In this document: one piece after another, positions 62,341-64,000 of the stretch
Position numbering within the stretch: position 1 is the stretch's first letter
Layout of the letters: every line of letters begins with the position of its first letter
Assembly (NCBI GenBank): GCA_964016885.1
Contig: OZ024742.1
Span: 294,748,001-294,812,000 of the forward strand
Length of the DNA stretch: 64,000 nucleotides
Source: Eledone cirrhosa
Lineage: Eukaryota
Direction: 5' to 3'
The notes under the pieces: generated by a model
The model's input: only the letters and a program-made list of their open reading frames with translations
Database searches by the model: none
Told to the model about the DNA's origin: nothing
Translations under genes and position numbers: made by a program

Positions 62341-63431
62341 GATCATCATCATCATCATCGTTTAACGTCTATCTTCCACGCTAGCATGGGTTTAGATGGG
62401 ACTTGTCCCACTTGAGGCAAGATTGGTCAGGCGACCGTGTCTCGCTCGTATAGGACTATCTGGCAGGTTTTCTATGGCTGGATGCCCTTCCTAACACCAA
62501 CCACGTTTACAGTGTGGACTGGGAACTTTTTACCGTGTTACCTACACGGCCACATTACAGCATGGACTGTGTGTGTTTTTGTCGTGACACCTACACAATC
62601 TCATTTATTTTGGACTGGATGTTGTGGTACCAACATAACTTTATAGAGAAAGGGTGGTGTTGGTGGGAGTGGGAGGATGGAGTAGGGTAGTGGGTTGGGG
62701 TGTATGTTTGGTTTGGAGGGGCCTACTGACCGTAGGTTAACTTTGCACATAGGCAAGGCAGGTCTTCTGTAATACTGTATGGCACTAAAGATCTCGGTCC
62801 AGTGACATTGTCTTAGAGAGGTGTAAGTGTGCAAGATCGGACTTTATCATGTCGTCCCAGGTTTTTCTGGGTCTACCTATTCCGTAACTTCCATCAATTT
62901 TGATCGCCCTACACGTTTTTATACAACTGTCGTCTTTCATGAGCATCACGTGACCGTACCAACGTAATCTTCTCTCAAGTAAACAGCATCTGATCCCTCT
63001 TATTCCTAATTTCTTACTTAGTTCATTTATGTTTTGCCGTTTGTGTATATTACTATTACACAGCCAACTGAGCATGCATGCTTCGTTCCTTTCCAGTCTG
63101 CGCAGGTCCTCTGCACATAATGCCCATCTCTCACTGCCATGTATCATTGCTGTTCGTATACATTGCTGTTCGTATACAATCTGCCTTTCATTTTCAGAGA
63201 GAAACCTTTTGTGACTAACAGTGGTATAAACTCTTTGAACTTTTTCCATCCCGTTCTAACTCTGGCTACTCTACTTTCAGAACACCCTCCACCACTGCTG
63301 ATTTTGTCACCCAGGTAACGGAAAGTGTCCACTATTTCTATAGAACCATCTGGGTAGTAGAAGGAGCTAGTATCCTGTGGACACTTGCTACTTATTGCAC
63401 CTGAGCATCGACCACATATAAAATCTATGTA
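62341..63431 (-). mobile_element. RTE LINE 3' fragment, same family as 1-1628, frameshifted by a small duplication
   Basis: FRYLGDKISSGGGCSES and LERRLRWYGH translations; CATTGCTGTTCGTATA duplicated at ~63145-63176; (GAT)n tail. Confidence 0.92.
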
Positions 63432-63441
63432 TCATTTCTGT

Positions 63442-63745
63442 AATAATGGTTTCTTATATAGGCACAAAGCTAGAAATTTTTTGGGAGGGGAAAGTCGATT
63501 AAATCGACCCCAGTGCATGACTGGTACTTTATTTTATCGACCCTGTAAGGATGAAAGGCAAAGTTAACCTGGGCGGGATTTGAACTCAGATCATAAAGGG
63601 CCGTAACTCTATGCTGTAAAGCATGGCGTCTGGTCATCTACTGATACTGCCAATCCACCGCCCTAGTTTACATGTACCTCTTAACCAGGATTGAACCCAA
63701 GGCCAGGATCTCTACCGTCTCTAGTACCTACCGCTAGGCCACAGA
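63442..63745 (-). mobile_element. SINE family A (long variant) preceded by an extra tRNA-like unit
   Basis: SINE at 63442-63664. Minus strand of ~63675-63747 has TGGCCTAGCGG and GGTTCAATCC boxes. CATTTCTGTAATAAT occurs on both sides. Confidence 0.7.
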
Positions 63746-64000
63746 GATATCATTTCTGTAATAATTGTTTCTACTTTTGGCACAAGACCAGCAATTACCC
63801 AGTACATCCCTGGTACTTTATTTTATCGACCTCTGTATGTGTTATTAGCTACTTCTTTTAGTACTAATTGTAAAATATAGAACATTGTCAGTCTTTCTAC
63901 TTAATTTTGTAACCAAGTGAAGATAGCCAGTAGCGAATTGGAAGTGGGTGAAGTGGGGGATAGGACTAGGCTTTTAGCCAGGGTGACCATAATATTTAAA

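Noticed and set aside
63979-64000. CAGGGTGACCA, resembling a hAT-type terminus
   Set aside because: At the window edge with no partner TIR or TSD visible.

Overview
AT-rich, microsatellite-dense animal genomic DNA; the SINE/LINE content and simple-repeat load suggest a coleoid cephalopod such as Octopus (inference from recall, not a database result). Most of the ORF track is translated microsatellite or the antisense shadow of retrotransposons. LINEs present: several RTE-clade copies (one family has a PHD-type zinc finger inside the RT region), a near-full ORF2 CR1-group element, and R4/Dong and CRE-clade remnants. Also present: a pogo transposase fossil, a mariner deletion derivative, a non-autonomous Helitron, TTAA-, TA- and 6-bp-TSD MITEs, and two tRNA-derived SINE families. 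No multi-exon host CDS can be assembled. The minus strand has a plausible start-codon exon (54213-54292) followed by three candidate recursive splice sites (zero-length exons, YAG|GTAA at about 45374, 31054 and 6606) and possible micro-exons, so the window may be mostly one very long intron. Minimal hammerhead ribozyme motifs sit in Penelope-like inverted repeats (14454-14518, 15794-15844, 51751-51800). Boundaries of degraded repeats are approximate.
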